Shown here piece by piece: positions 26,901-42,400 of a stretch of 64,000 nucleotides of DNA. Positions within the stretch are counted from its first letter, which is position 1, and each line of letters starts with the position of its first letter. The stretch spans positions 1-64,000 of the forward strand of contig CAXKVF010000080.1 of the NCBI GenBank assembly GCA_964057225.1. The letters are read 5' to 3'. The notes beneath the pieces were generated by a model. That model worked only from the letters and a program-made list of their open reading frames with translations, ran no database searches and was not told the DNA's origin. The DNA is from Auanema rhodensis. Taxonomy: Eukaryota > Animalia > Nematoda. The translations under genes were made by a program, and so were the position numbers.

Positions 26901-27617
26901 CATGTCCATATTAGTCTAAAAACAAATTTTTATTGATATTGGTTCATGGTAACCATGACTTTGAAATTTACGTGAACTTTAATTTATGCTAATTAAATGT
27001 ACACGTGATGTGCACTTGGTATGTAACTCGCTTCACGTGAAAGATAAAGAGATGCGGTTTTCAAAATTAGATTCCCCATGTCCATATTAGTCTAAAAACA
27101 AATTTTTATTGATATTAGTGCATGGTAACCATGACTTTGAAATTTACGTGAACTTTAATTTATGCTAATTAAATGTACACGTGATGTGCCCTTGGTATGT
27201 AACTCGCTTCACGTGAAAGAAAAAGAGATGCGGTTTTCAAAATTAGATTCCCCATGTCCATATTAGTCTAAAAACAAATTTTTATCGATATTGGTGCATG
27301 GTAACCATGACTTTGAAATTTACGTGAACTTTAATTTATGCTAATTAAATGTACACGTGATGTGCACTTGGTATGTAACTCGCTTCACGTGAAAGATAAA
27401 GAGATGCGGTTTTCAAAATTAGATTCCCCATGTCCATATTAGTCTAAAAACAAATTTTTATTGATATTGGTTCATGGTAACCATGACTTTGAAATTTACG
27501 TGAACTTTAATTTATGCTAATTAAATGTACACGTGATGTGCACTTGGTATGTAACTCGCTTCACGTGAAAGATAAAGAGATGCGGTTTTCAAAATTAGAT
27601 TCCCCATGTCCATATTA
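14957..27617. repeat. Segmental duplication block B, copy 1 (72 monomers, including 8- and 10-monomer internal expansions)
   Basis: Monomer-by-monomer variant order matches 39409-48911. Examples: GCCCTT 16013/40465; GTCAAAAAC 1-bp deletion 16716/41169; CTGAAAA+GAAAAAG 19532/43984; ACTCGG 25682/46976; TACTTC 26034/47328; TTTCCG 26562/47856; TATCGAT 27266/48560. Confidence 0.9.
22690..26561. repeat. 11-monomer (1936-bp) tandem higher-order duplication
   Basis: AATTGTAC 23042/24978; GAAAAAG 23218/25154; ACTCGG 23746/25682; ATTCATG 23922/25858; TACTTC 24098/26034. Confidence 0.9.
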
Positions 27618-30600
27618 GTCTAAAAACAAATTTTTATTGATATTAGTTCATGGTAACCATGACTTTGAAATTTACGTGAACTTTAATTTATGCTAATTAA
27701 ATGTACACGTGATGTGCACTTGGTATGTAACTCGCTTCACGTGAAAGATAAAGAGATGCGGTTTTCAAAATTAGATTCCCCATGTCCATATTAGTCTAAA
27801 AACAAATTTTCATTGATATTGGTTCATGGTAACCATGACTTTGAAATTAACGTGAACTTTAATTTATGCTAATTAAATGTACACGTGATGTGCACTTGGT
27901 ATGTAACTCGCTTCACGTGAAAGATAAAGAGATGCGGTTTTCAAAATTAGATTCCCCATGTCCATATTAGTCTAAAAACAAATTTTTATTGATATTGGTT
28001 CATGGTAACCATGACTTTGAAATTTACGTGAACTTTAATTTATGCTAATTAAATGTACACGTGATGTGCACTTGGTATGTAACTCGCTTCACGTGAAAGA
28101 TAAAGAGATGCGGTTTTCAAAATTAGATTCCCCATGTCCATATTAGTCTAAAAACAAATTTTCATTGATATTGGTGCATGGTAATCATGACTTTGAAATT
28201 TACGTGAACTTTAATTTATGCTAATTAAATGTACACGTGATGTGCACTTGGTATGTAACTCGCTTCACGTGAAATATAAAGAGATGCGGTTTTCAAAATT
28301 AGATTCCCCATGTCCATATTAGTCTAAAAACAAATTTTTATTGATATTGGTTCATGGTAACCATGACTTTGAAATTTACGTGAACTTTAATTTATGCTAA
28401 TTAAATGTACACGTGATGTGCACTTGGTATGTAACTCGCTTCACGTGAAAGATAAAGAGATGCGGTTTTCAAAATTAGATTCCCCATGTCCATATTAGTC
28501 TAAAAACAAATTTTTATTGATATTGGTTCATGGTAACCATGACTTTGAAATTTACGTGAACTTTAATTTATGCTAATTAAATGTACACGTGATGTGCACT
28601 TGGTATGTAACTCGCTTCACGTGAAAGATAAAGAGATGCGGTTTTCAAAATTAGATTCCCCATGTCCATATTAGTCTAAAAACAAATTTTTATTGATATT
28701 GGTTCATGGTAACCATGACTTTGAAATTTACGTGAACTTTAATTTATGCTAATTAAATGTACACGTGATGTGCACTTGGTATGTAACTCGCTTCACGTGA
28801 AAGATAAAGAGATGCGGTTTTCAAAATTAGATTCCCCATGTCCATATTAGTCTAAAAACAAATTTTTATTGATATTGCTTCATGGTAACCATGACTTTGA
28901 AATTTACGTGAACTTTAATTTATGCTAATTAAATGTACACGTGATGTGCACTTGGTATGTAACTCGCTTCACGTGAAAGATAAAGAGATGCGGTTTTCAA
29001 AATTAGATTCCCCATGTCCATATTAGTCTAAAAACAAATTTTTATTGATATTAGTTCATGGTAACCATGACTTTGAAATTTACGTGAACTTTAATTTATG
29101 CTAATTAAATGTACACGTGATGTGCACTTGGTATGTAACTCGCTTCACGTGAAAGATAAAGAGATGCGGTTTTCAAAATTAGATTCCCCATGTCCATATT
29201 AGTCTAAAAACAAATTTTTATTGATATTAGTTCATGGTAACCATGACTTTGAAATTTACGTGAACTTTAATTTATGCTAATTAAATGTACACGTGATGTG
29301 CACTTGGTATGTAACTCGCTTCACGTGAAAGATAAAGAGATGCGGTTTTCAAAATTAGATTCCCCATGTCCATATTAGTCTAAAAACAAATTTTCATTGA
29401 TATTGGTTCATGGTAACCATGACTTTGAAATTAACGTGAACTTTAATTTATGCTAATTAAATGTACACGTGATGTGCACTTGGTATGTAACTCGCTTCAC
29501 GTGAAAGATAAAGAGATGCGGTTTTCAAAATTAGATTCCCCATGTCCATATTAGTCTAAAAACAAATTTTTATTGATATTGGTTCATGGTAACCATGACT
29601 TTGAAATTTACGTGAACTTTAATTTATGCTAATTAAATGTACACGTGATGTGCACTTGGTATGTAACTCGCTTCACGTGAAAGATAAAGAGATGCGGTTT
29701 TCAAAATTAGATTCCCCATGTCCATATTAGTCTAAAAACAAATTTTTATTGATATTAGTTCATGGTAACCATGACTTTGAAATTTACGTGAACTTTAATT
29801 TATGCTAATTAAATGTACACGTGATGTGCACTTGGTATGTAACTCGCTTCACGTGAAAGATAAAGAGATGCGGTTTTCAAAATTAGATTCCCCATGTCCA
29901 TATTAGTCTAAAAACAAATTTTCATTGATATTGGTTCATGGTAACCATGACTTTGAAATTAACGTGAACTTTAATTTATGCTAATTAAATGTACACGTGA
30001 TGTGCACTTGGTATGTAACTCGCTTCACGTGAAAGATAAAGAGATGCGGTTTTCAAAATTAGATTCCCCATGTCCATATTAGTCTAAAAACAAATTTTTA
30101 TTGATATTGGTTCATGGTAACCATGACTTTGAAATTTACGTGAACTTTAATTTATGCTAATTAAATGTACACGTGATGTGCACTTGGTATGTAACTCGCT
30201 TCACGTGAAAGATAAAGAGATGCGGTTTTCAAAATTAGATTCCCCATGTCCATATTAGTCTAAAAACAAATTTTTATTGATATTGGTGCATGGTAATCAT
30301 GACTTTGAAATTTACGTGAACTTTAATTTATGCTAATTAAATGTACACGTGATGTGCACTTGGTATGTAACTCGCTTCACGTGAAATATAAAGAGATGCG
30401 GTTTTCAAAATTAGATTCCCCATGTCCATATTAGTCTAAAAACAAATTTTTATTGATATTGGTGCATGGTAGCCATGACTTTGAAATTTACGTGAACTTT
30501 AATTTATGCTAATTAAATGTACACGTGATGTGCACTTGGTATGTAACTCGCTTCACGTGAAAGATAAAGAGATGCGGTTTTCAAAATTAGATTCCCCATG

Positions 30601-33600
30601 TCCATATTAGTCTAAAAACAAATTTTTATTGATATTGGTGCATGGTAACCATGACTTTGAAATTTACGTGAACTTTAATTTATGCTAATTAAATGTACAC
30701 GTGATGTGCACTTGGTATGTAACTCGCTTCACGTGAAAGATAAAGAGATGCGGTTTTCAAAATTAGATTCCCCATGTCCATATTAGTCTAAAAACAAATT
30801 TTTATTGATATTGGTGCATGGTAACCATGACTTTGAAATTTACGTGAACTTTAACTTATGCTAATTAAATGTACACGTGATGTGCACTTGGTATGTAACT
30901 CGCTTCACGTGAAAGATAAAGAGATGCGGTTTTCAAAATTAGATTCCCCATGTCCATATTAGTCTAAATACAAATTTTTATTGATATTGGTGCATGGTAA
31001 CCATGACTTTGAAATTTACGTGAACTTTAATTTATGCTAATTAAATGTACACGTGATGTGCACTTGGTATGTAACTCGCTTCACGTGAAAGATAAAGAGA
31101 TGCGGTTTTCAAAATTAGATTCCCCATGTCCATATTAGTCTAAAAACAAATTTTTATTGATATTGGTTCATGGTAACCATGACTTTGAAATTTACGTGAA
31201 CTTTAATTTATGCTAATTAAATGTACACGTGATGTGCACTTGGTATGAAACTCGCTTCACGTGAAAGATAAAGAGATGCGGTTTTCAAAATTAGATTCCC
31301 CATGTCCATATTAGTCTAAAAACAAATTTTTATTGATATTGGTGCATGGTAACCATGACTTTGAAATTTACGTGAACTTTAATTTATGCTAATTAAATGT
31401 ACACGTGATGTGCACTTGGTATGTAACTCGCTTCACGTGAAAGATAAAGAGATGCGGTTTTCAAAATTAGATTCCCCATGTCCATATTAGTCTAAAAACA
31501 AATTTTTATTGATATTGGTGCATGGTAACCATGACTTTGAAATTTACGTGAACTTTAATTCATGCTAATTAAATGTACACGTGATGTGCACTTGGTATGT
31601 AACTCGCTTCACGTGAAAGATAAAGAGATGCGGTTTTCAAAATTAGATTCCCCATGTCCATATTAGTCTAAAAACAAATTTTTATTGATATTGCTTCATG
31701 GTAACCATGACTTTGAAATTTACGTGAACTTTAATTTATGCTAATTAAATGTACACGTGATGTGCACTTGGTATGTAACTCGCTTCACGTGAAAGATAAA
31801 GAGATGCGGTTTTCAAAATTAGATTCCCCATGTCCATATTAGTCTAAAAACAAATTTTTATTGATATTGGTTCATGGTAACCATGACTTTGAAATTTACG
31901 TGAACTTTAATTTATGCTAATTAAATGTACACGTGATGTGCACTTGGTATGTAACTCGCTTCACGTGAAAGATAAAGAGATGCGGTTTTCAAAATTAGAT
32001 TCCCCATGTCCATATTAGTCTAAAAACAAATTTTTATTGATATTGCTTCATGGTAACCATGACTTTGAAATTTACGTGAACTTTAATTTATGCTAATTAA
32101 ATGTACACATGATGTGCACTTGGTATGTAACTCGCTTCACGTGAAAGATAAAGAGATGCGGTTTTCAAAATTAGATTCCCCATGTCCATATTAGTCTAAA
32201 AACAAATTTTTATTGATATTGGTTCATGGTAACCATGACTTTGAAATTTACGTGAACTTTAATTTATGCTAATTAAATGTACACGTGATGTGCACTTGGT
32301 ATGTAACTCGCTTCACGTGAAATATAAAGAAATGCGGTTTTCAAAATTAGATTCCCCATGTCCATATTAGTCTAAAAACAAATTTTTATTGATATTGGTT
32401 CATGGTAACCATGACTTTGAAATTTACGTGAACTTTAATTTATGCTAATTAAATGTACACGTGATGTGCACTTGGTATGTAACTCGCTTCACGTGAAATA
32501 TAAAGAAATGCGGTTTTCAAAATTAGATTCCCCATGTCCATATTAGTCTAAAAACAAAATTTTATTGATATTGGTTCATGGTAACCATGACTTTGAAATT
32601 TACGTGAACTTTAATTTATGCTAATTAAATGTACACGTGATGTGCACTTGGTATGTAACTCGCTTCACGTGAAAGAAAAAGAGATGCGGTTTTCAAAATT
32701 AGATTCCCCATGTCCATATTAGTCTGAAAACAAATTTTTATTGATATTGGTTCATGGTAACCATGACTTTGAAATTTACGTGAACTTTAATTTATGCTAA
32801 TTAAATGTACACGTGATGTGCACTTGGTATGTAACTCGCTTCACGTGAAAGAAAAAGAGATGCGGTTTTCAAAATTAGATTCCCCATGTCCATATTAGTC
32901 TAAAAACAAATTTTTATTGATATTGGTGCATGGTAACCATGACTTTGAAATTTACGTGAACTTTAATTTATGCTAATTAAATGTACACGTGATGTGCACT
33001 TGGTATGTAACTCGCTTCACGTGAAAGATAAAGAGATGCGGTTTTTAAAATTAGATTCCCCATGTCCATACTAGTCTAAAAACAAATTTTTATTGATATT
33101 GCTTCATGGTAACCATGACTTTGAAATTTACGTGAACTTTAATTTATGCTAATTAAATGTACACGTGATGTGCACTTGGTATGTAACTCGATTCACGTGA
33201 AAGATAAAGAGATGCGGTTTTCAAAATTAGATTCCCCATGTCCATATTAGTCTAAAAACAAATTTTTATTGATATTGGTGCATGGTAACCATGACTTTGA
33301 AATTTACGTGAACTTTAATTTATGCTAATTAAATGTACACGTGATGTGCACTTGGTATGTAACTCGCTTCACGTGAAAGAAAAAGAGATGCGGTTTTCAA
33401 AATTAGATTCCCCATGTCCATATTAGTCTAAAAACAAATTTTTATTGATATTGGTGCATGGTAACCATGACTTTGAAATTTACGTGAACTTTAATTTATG
33501 CTAATTAAATGTACACGTGATGTGCACTTGGTATGTAACTCGCTTCACGTGAAAGATAAAGAAATGCGGTTTTCAAAATTAGATTCCCCATGTCCATATT

Positions 33601-36600
33601 AGTCTAAAAACAAATTTTTATTGATATTGGTTCATGGTAACCATGACTTTGAAATTTACGTGAACTTTAATTTATGCTAATTAAATGTACACGTGATGTG
33701 CACTTGGTATGTAACTCGCTTCACGTGAAAGATAAAGAGATGCGGTTTTCAAAATTAGATTCCCCATGTCCATATTAGTCTAAAAACAAATTTTTATTGA
33801 TATTGCTTCATGGTAACCATGACTTTGAAATTTACGTGAACTTTAATTTATGCTAATTAAATGTACACGTGATGTGCACTTGGTATGTAACTCGCTTCAC
33901 GTGAAAGATAAAGAGATGCGGTTTTCAAAATTAGATTCCCCATGTCCATATTAGTCTAAAAACAAATTTTTATTGATATTGGTTCATGGTAACCATGACT
34001 TTGAAATTTACGTGAACTTTAATTTATGCTAATTAAATGTACACGTGATGTGCACTTGGTATGTAACTCGCTTCACGTGAAAGATAAAGAGATGCGGTTT
34101 TCAAAATTAGATTCCCCATGTCCATATTAGTCTAAAAACAAATTTTTATTGATATTGGTTCATGGTAACCATGACTTTGAAATTTACGTGAACTTTAATT
34201 TATGCTAATTAAATGTACACGTGATGTGCACTTGGTATGTAACTCGCTTCACGTGAAAGATAAAGAAATGCGGTTTTCAAAATTAGATTCCCCATGTCCA
34301 TATTAGTCTAAAAACAAATTTTTATTGATATTGGTTCATGGTAACCATGACTTTGAAATTTACGTGAACTTTAATTTATGCTAATTAAATGTACACGTGA
34401 TGTGCACTTGGTATGTAACTCGCTTCACGTGAAAGATAAAGAGATGCGGTTTTCAAAATTAGATTCCCCATGTCCATATTAGTCTAAAAACAAATTTTTA
34501 TTGATATTGGTGCATGGTAACCATGACTTTGAAATTTACGTGAACTTTAATTTATGCTAATTAAATGTACACGTGATGTGCACTTGGTATGTAACTCGCT
34601 TCACGTGAAAGATAAAGAGATGCGGTTTTCAAAATTAGATTCCCCATGTCCATATTAGTCTAAAAACAAATTTTTTTTGATATTGGTGCATGGTAACCAT
34701 GACTTTGAAATTTACGTGAACTTTAATTTATGCTAATTAAATGTACACGTGATGTGCACTTGGTATGTAACTCGCTTCACGTGAAAGATAAAGAGATGCG
34801 GTTTTCAAAATTAGATTCCCCATGTCCATATTAGTCTAAAAACAAATTTTTATTGATATTGGTTCATGGTAACCATGACTTTGAAATTTACGTGAACTTT
34901 AATTTATGCTAATTAAATGTACACGTGATGTGCACTTGGTATGTAACTCGCTTCATGTGAAAGATAAAGAGATGCGGTTTTCAAAATTAGATTCCCCATG
35001 TCCATATTAGTCTAAAAACAAATTTTTATTGATATTGGTTCATGGTAACCATGACTTTGAAATTTACGTGAACTTTAATTTATGCTAATTAAATGTACAC
35101 GTGATGTGCACTTGGTATGTAACTCGCTTCACGTGAAAGATAAAGAGATGCGGTTTTCAAAATTAGATTCCCCATGTCCATATTAGTCTAAAAACAAATT
35201 TTTATTGATATTAGTTCATGGTAACCATGACTTTGAAATTTACGTGAACTTTAATTTATGCTAATTAAATGTACACGTGATGTGCACTTGGTATGTAACT
35301 CGCTTCACGTGAAAGATAAAGAGATGCGGTTTTCAAAATTAGATTCCCCATGTCCATATTAGTCTAAAAACAAATTTTTATTGATATTGGTTCATGGTAA
35401 CCATGACTTTGAAATTTACGTGAACTTTAATTTATGCTAATTAAATGTACACGTGATGTGCACTTGGTATGTAACTCGCTTCACGTGAAAGATAAAGAGA
35501 TGTGGTTTTCAAAATTAGATTCCCCATGTCCATATTAGTCTAAAAACAAATTTTTATTGATATTGCTTCATGGTAACCATGACTTTGAAATTTACGTGAA
35601 CTTTAATTTATGCTAATTAAATGTACACGTGATGTGCACTTGGTATGTAACTCGCTTCACGTGAAAGATAAAGAGATGCGGTTTTCAAAATTAGATTCCC
35701 CATGTCCATATTAGTCTAAAAACAAATTTTTATTGATATTGGTGCATGGTGACCATGACTTTGAAATTTACGTGAACTTTAATTTATGCTAATTAAATGT
35801 ACACGTGATGTGCACTTGGTATGTAACTCGCTTCACGTGAAAGATAAAGAGATGCGGTTTTCAAAATTAGATTCCCCATGTCCATATTAGTCTGAAAACA
35901 AATTTTTATTGATATTGGTTCATGGTAACCATGACTTTGAAATTTACGTGAACTTTAATTTATGCTAATTAAATGTACACGTGATGTGCACTTGGTATGT
36001 AACTCGCTTCACGTGAAAGATAAAGAGATGCGGTTTTCAAAATTAGATTCCCCATGTCCATATTAGTCTAAAAACAAATTTTTATTGATATTGGTTCATG
36101 GTAACCATGACTTTGAAATTTACGTGAACTTTAATTTATGCTAATTAAATGTACACGTGATGTGCACTTGGTATGTAACTCGCTTCACGTGAAAGATAAA
36201 GAGATGTGGTTTTCAAAATTAGATTCCCCATGTCCATATTAGTCTAAAAACAAATTTTTATTGATATTGCTTCATGGTAACCATGACTTTGAAATTTACG
36301 TGAACTTTAATTTATGCTAATTAAATGTACACGTGATGTGCACTTGGTATGTAACTCGCTTCACGTGAAAGATAAAGAGATGCGGTTTTTAAAATTAGAT
36401 TCCCCATGTCCATACTAGTCTAAAAACAAATTTTTATTGATATTGCTTCATGGTAACCATGACTTTGAAATTTACGTGAACTTTAATTTATGCTAATTAA
36501 TTGTACACGTGATGTGCACTTGGTATGTAACTCGCTTCACGTGAAAGATAAAGAGATGCGGTTTTCAAAATTAGATTCCCCATGTCCATATTAGTCTAAA

Positions 36601-39408
36601 AACAAATTTTTATTGATATTGGTGCATGGTAACCATGACTTTGAAATTTACGTGAACTTTAATTTATGCTAATTAAATGTACACGTGATGTGCACTTGGT
36701 ATGTAACTCGCTTCACGTGAAAGAAAAAGAGATGCGGTTTTCAAAATTAGATTCCCCATGTCCATATTAGTCTAAAAACAAATTTTTATTGATATTGGTT
36801 CATGGTAACCATGACTTTGAAATTTACGTGAACTTTAATTTATGCTAATTAAATGTACACGTGATGTGCACTTGGTATGTAACTCGCTTCACGTGAAAGA
36901 TAAAGAGATGCGGTTTTTAAAATTAGATTCCCCATGTCCATACTAGTCTAAAAACAAATTTTTATTGATATTGCTTCATGGTAACCATGACTTTGAAATT
37001 TACGTGAACTTTAATTTATGCTAATTAAATGTACACGTGATGTGCACTTGGTATGTAACTCGATTCACGTGAAAGATAAAGAGATGCGGTTTTCAAAATT
37101 AGATTCCCCATGTCCATATTAGTCTAAAAACAAATTTTTATTGATATTGGTGCATGGTAACCATGACTTTGAAATTTACGTGAACTTTAATTTATGCTAA
37201 TTAAATGTACACGTGATGTGCACTTGGTATGTAACTCGCTTCACGTGAAAGATAAAGAGATGCGGTTTTCAAAATTAGATTCCCCATGTCCATATTAGTC
37301 TAAAAACAAATTTTTATTGATATTGGTGCATGGTAACCATGACTTTGAAATTTACGTGAACTTTAATTTATGCTAATTAAATGTACACGTGATGTGCACT
37401 TGGTATGTAACTCGCTTCACGTGAAAGATAAAGAGATGCGGTTTTCAAAATTAGATTCCCCATGTCCATATTAGTCTAAAAACAAATTTTTATTGATATT
37501 GGTTCATGGTAACCATGACTTTGAAATTTACGTGAACTTTAATTTATGCTAATTAAATGTACACGTGATGTGCACTTGGTATGGAACTCGCTTCACGTGA
37601 AAGATAAAGAGATGCGGTTTTCAAAATTAGATTCCCCATGTCCATATTAGTCAAAAACAAATTTTTATTGATATTGGTGCATGGTAACCATGACTTTGAA
37701 ATTTACGTGAACTTTAATTTATGCTAATTAAATGTACACGTGATGTGCACTTGGTATGTAACTCGCTTCACGTGAAAGATAAAGAGATGCGGTTTTCAAA
37801 ATTAGATTCCCCATGTCCATATTAGTCTAAAAACAAATTTTTATTGATATTGGTTCATGGTAACCATGACTTTGAAATTTACGTGAACTTTAATTTATGC
37901 TAATTAAATGTACACGTGATGTGCACTTGGTATGTAACTCGCTTCACGTGAAAGATAAAGAGATGCGGTTTTCAAAATTAGATTCCCCATGTCCATATTA
38001 GTCTAAAAACAAATTTTTATTGATATTAGTTCATGGTAACCATGACTTTGAAATTTACGTGAACTTTAATTTATGCTAATTAAATGTACACGTGATGTGC
38101 ACTTGGTATGTAACTCGCTTCACGTGAAAGATAAAGAGATGCGGTTTTCAAAATTAGATTCCCCATGTCCATATTAGTCTAAAAACAAATTTTTATTGAT
38201 ATTGGTTCATGGTAACCATGACTTTGAAATTTACGTGAACTTTAATTTATGCTAATTAAATGTACACGTGATGTGCACTTGGTATGTAACTCGCTTCACG
38301 TGAAAGATAAAGAGATGTGGTTTTCAAAATTAGATTCCCCATGTCCATATTAGTCTAAAAACAAATTTTTATTGATATTGCTTCATGGTAACCATGACTT
38401 TGAAATTTACGTGAACTTTAATTTATGCTAATTAAATGTACACGTGATGTGCACTTGGTATGTAACTCGCTTCACGTGAAAGATAAAGAGATGCGGTTTT
38501 CAAAATTAGATTCCCCATGTCCATATTAGTCTAAAAACAAATTTTTATTGATATTGGTGCATGGTGACCATGACTTTGAAATTTACGTGAACTTTAATTT
38601 ATGCTAATTAAATGTACACGTGATGTGCACTTGGTATGTAACTCGCTTCACGTGAAAGATAAAGAGATGCGGTTTTCAAAATTAGATTCCCCATGTCCAT
38701 ATTAGTCTGAAAACAAATTTTTATTGATATTGGTTCATGGTAACCATGACTTTGAAATTTACGTGAACTTTAATTTATGCTAATTAAATGTACACGTGAT
38801 GTGCACTTGGTATGTAACTCGCTTCACGTGAAAGATAAAGAGATGCGGTTTTCAAAATTAGATTCCCCATGTCCATATTAGTCTAAAAACAAATTTTTAT
38901 TGATATTGGTTCATGGTAACCATGACTTTGAAATTTACGTGAACTTTAATTTATGCTAATTAAATGTACACGTGATGTGCACTTGGTATGTAACTCGCTT
39001 CACGTGAAAGATAAAGAGATGCGGTTTTTAAAATTAGATTCCCCATCTCCATACTAGTCTAAAAACAAATTTTTATTGATATTGCTTCATGGTAACCATG
39101 ACTTTGAAATTTACGTGAACTTTAATTTATGCTAATTAATTGTACACGTGATGTGCACTTGGTATGTAACTCGCTTCACGTGAAAGATAAAGAGATGCGG
39201 TTTTCAAAATTAGATTCCCCATGTCCATATTAGTCTAAAAACAAATTTTTATTGATATTGGTGCATGGTAACCATGACTTTGAAATTTACGTGAACTTTA
39301 ATTTATGCTAATTAAATGTACACGTGATGTGCACTTGGTATGTAACTCGCTTCACGTGAAAGAAAAAGAGATGCGGTTTTCAAAATTAGATTCCCCATGT
39401 CCATATTA

Positions 39409-42400
39409 GTCTAAAAACAAATTTTTATTGATATTGGTGCATGGTAACCATGACTTTGAAATTTACGTGAACTTTAATTTATGCTAATTAAATGTACACG
39501 TGATGTGCACTTGGTATGTAACTCGCTTCACGTGAAAGATAAAGAAATGCGGTTTTCAAAATTAGATTCCCCATGTCCATATTAGTCTAAAAACAAATTT
39601 TTATTGATATTGGTTCATGGTAACCATGACTTTGAAATTTACGTGAACTTTAATTTATGCTAATTAAATGTACACGTGATGTGCACTTGGTATGTAACTC
39701 GCTTCACGTGAAAGATAAAGAGATGCGGTTTTCAAAATTAGATTCCCCATGTCCATATTAGTCTAAAAACAAATTTTTATTGATATTGCTTCATGGTAAC
39801 CATGACTTTGAAATTTACGTGAACTTTAATTTATGCTAATTAAATGTACACGTGATGTGCACTTGGTATGTAACTCGCTTCACGTGAAAGATAAATAGAT
39901 GCGGTTTTCAAAATTAGATTCCCCATGTCCATATTAGTCTAAAAACAAATTTTTATTGATATTGGTTCATGGTAACCATGACTTTGAAATTTACGTGAAC
40001 TTTAATTTATGCTAATTAAATGTACACGTGATGTGCACTTGGTATGTAACTCGCTTCACGTGAAAGATAAAGAGATGCGGTTTTCAAAATTAGATTCCCC
40101 ATGTCCATATTAGTCTAAAAACAAATTTTTATTGATATTGGTGCATGGTAACCATGACTTTGAAATTTACGTGAACTTTAATTTATGCTAATTAAATGTA
40201 CACGTGATGTGCACTTGGTATGTAACTCGCTTCACGTGAAAGAAAAAGAGATGCGGTTTTCAAAATTAGATTCCCCATGTCCATATTAGTCTAAAAACAA
40301 ATTTTTATTGATATTGGTGCATGGTAACCATGACTTTGAAATTTACGTGAACTTTAATTTATGCTAATTAAATGTACACGTGATGTGCACTTGGTATGTA
40401 ACTCGCTTCACGTGAAAGATAAAGAAATGCGGTTTTCAAAATTAGATTCCCCATGTCCATATTAGTCTAAAAACAAATTTTTATTGATATTGGTTCATGG
40501 TAACCATGACTTTGAAATTTACGTGAACTTTAATTTATGCTAATTAAATGTACACGTGATGTGCCCTTGGTATGTAACTCGCTTCACGTGAAAGATAAAG
40601 AGATGCGGTTTTCAAAATTAGATTCCCCATGTCCATATTAGTCTAAAAACAAATTTTTATTGATATTGCTTCATGGTAACCATGACTTTGAAATTTACGT
40701 GAACTTTAATTTATGCTAATTAAATGTACACGTGATGTGCACTTGGTATGTAACTCGCTTCACGTGAAAGATAAATAGATGCGGTTTTCAAAATTAGATT
40801 CCCCATGTCCATATTAGTCTAAAAACAAATTTTTATTGATATTGGTTCATGGTAACCATGACTTTGAAATTTACGTGAACTTTAATTTATGCTAATTAAA
40901 TGTACACGTGATGTGCACTTGGTATGTAACTCGCTTCACGTGAAAGATAAAGAGATGCGGTTTTCAAAATTAGATTCCCCATGTCCATATTAGTCTAAAA
41001 ACAAATTTTTATTGATATTGGTGCATGGTGACCATGACTTTGAAATTTACGTGAACTTTAATTTATGCTAATTAAATGTACACGTGATGTGCACTTGGTA
41101 TGTAACTCGCTTCACGTGAAAGATAAAGAGATGCGGTTTTCAAAATTAGATTCCCCATGTCCATATTAGTCAAAAACAAATTTTTATTGATATTGGTGCA
41201 TGGTAACCATGACTTTGAAATTTACGTGAACTTTAATTTATGCTAATTAAATGTACACGTGATGTGCACTTGGTATGTAACTCGCTTCACGTGAAAGATA
41301 AAGAGATGCGGTTTTCAAAATTAGATTCCCCATGTCCATATTAGTCTAAAAACAAATTTTTATTGATATTGGTTCATGGTAACCATGACTTTGAAATTTA
41401 CGTGAACTTTAATTTATGCTAATTAAATGTACACGTGATGTGCACTTGGTATGTAACTCGCTTCACGTGAAAGATAAAGAGATGCGGTTTTCAAAATTAG
41501 ATTCCCCATGTCCATATTAGTCTAAAAACAAATTTTTATTGATATTAGTTCATGGTAACCATGACTTTGAAATTTACGTGAACTTTAATTTATGCTAATT
41601 AAATGTACACGTGATGTGCACTTGGTATGTAACTCGCTTCACGTGAAAGATAAAGAGATGCGGTTTTCAAAATTAGATTCCCCATGTCCATATTAGTCTA
41701 AAAACAAATTTTTATTGATATTGGTTCATGGTAACCATGACTTTGAAATTTACGTGAACTTTAATTTATGCTAATTAAATGTACACGTGATGTGCACTTG
41801 GTATGTAACTCGCTTCACGTGAAAGATAAAGAGATGTGGTTTTCAAAATTAGATTCCCCATGTCCATATTAGTCTAAAAACAAATTTTTATTGATATTGC
41901 TTCATGGTAACCATGACTTTGAAATTTACGTGAACTTTAATTTATGCTAATTAAATGTACACGTGATGTGCACTTGGTATGTAACTCGCTTCACGTGAAA
42001 GATAAAGAGATGCGGTTTTCAAAATTAGATTCCCCATGTCCATATTAGTCTAAAAACAAATTTTTATTGATATTGGTGCATGGTGACCATGACTTTGAAA
42101 TTTACGTGAACTTTAATTTATGCTAATTAAATGTACACGTGATGTGCACTTGGTATGTAACTCGCTTCACGTGAAAGATAAAGAGATGCGGTTTTCAAAA
42201 TTAGATTCCCCATGTCCATATTAGTCTGAAAACAAATTTTTATTGATATTGGTTCATGGTAACCATGACTTTGAAATTTACGTGAACTTTAATTTATGCT
42301 AATTAAATGTACACGTGATGTGCACTTGGTATGTAACTCGCTTCACGTGAAAGATAAAGAGATGCGGTTTTCAAAATTAGATTCCCCATGTCCATATTAG

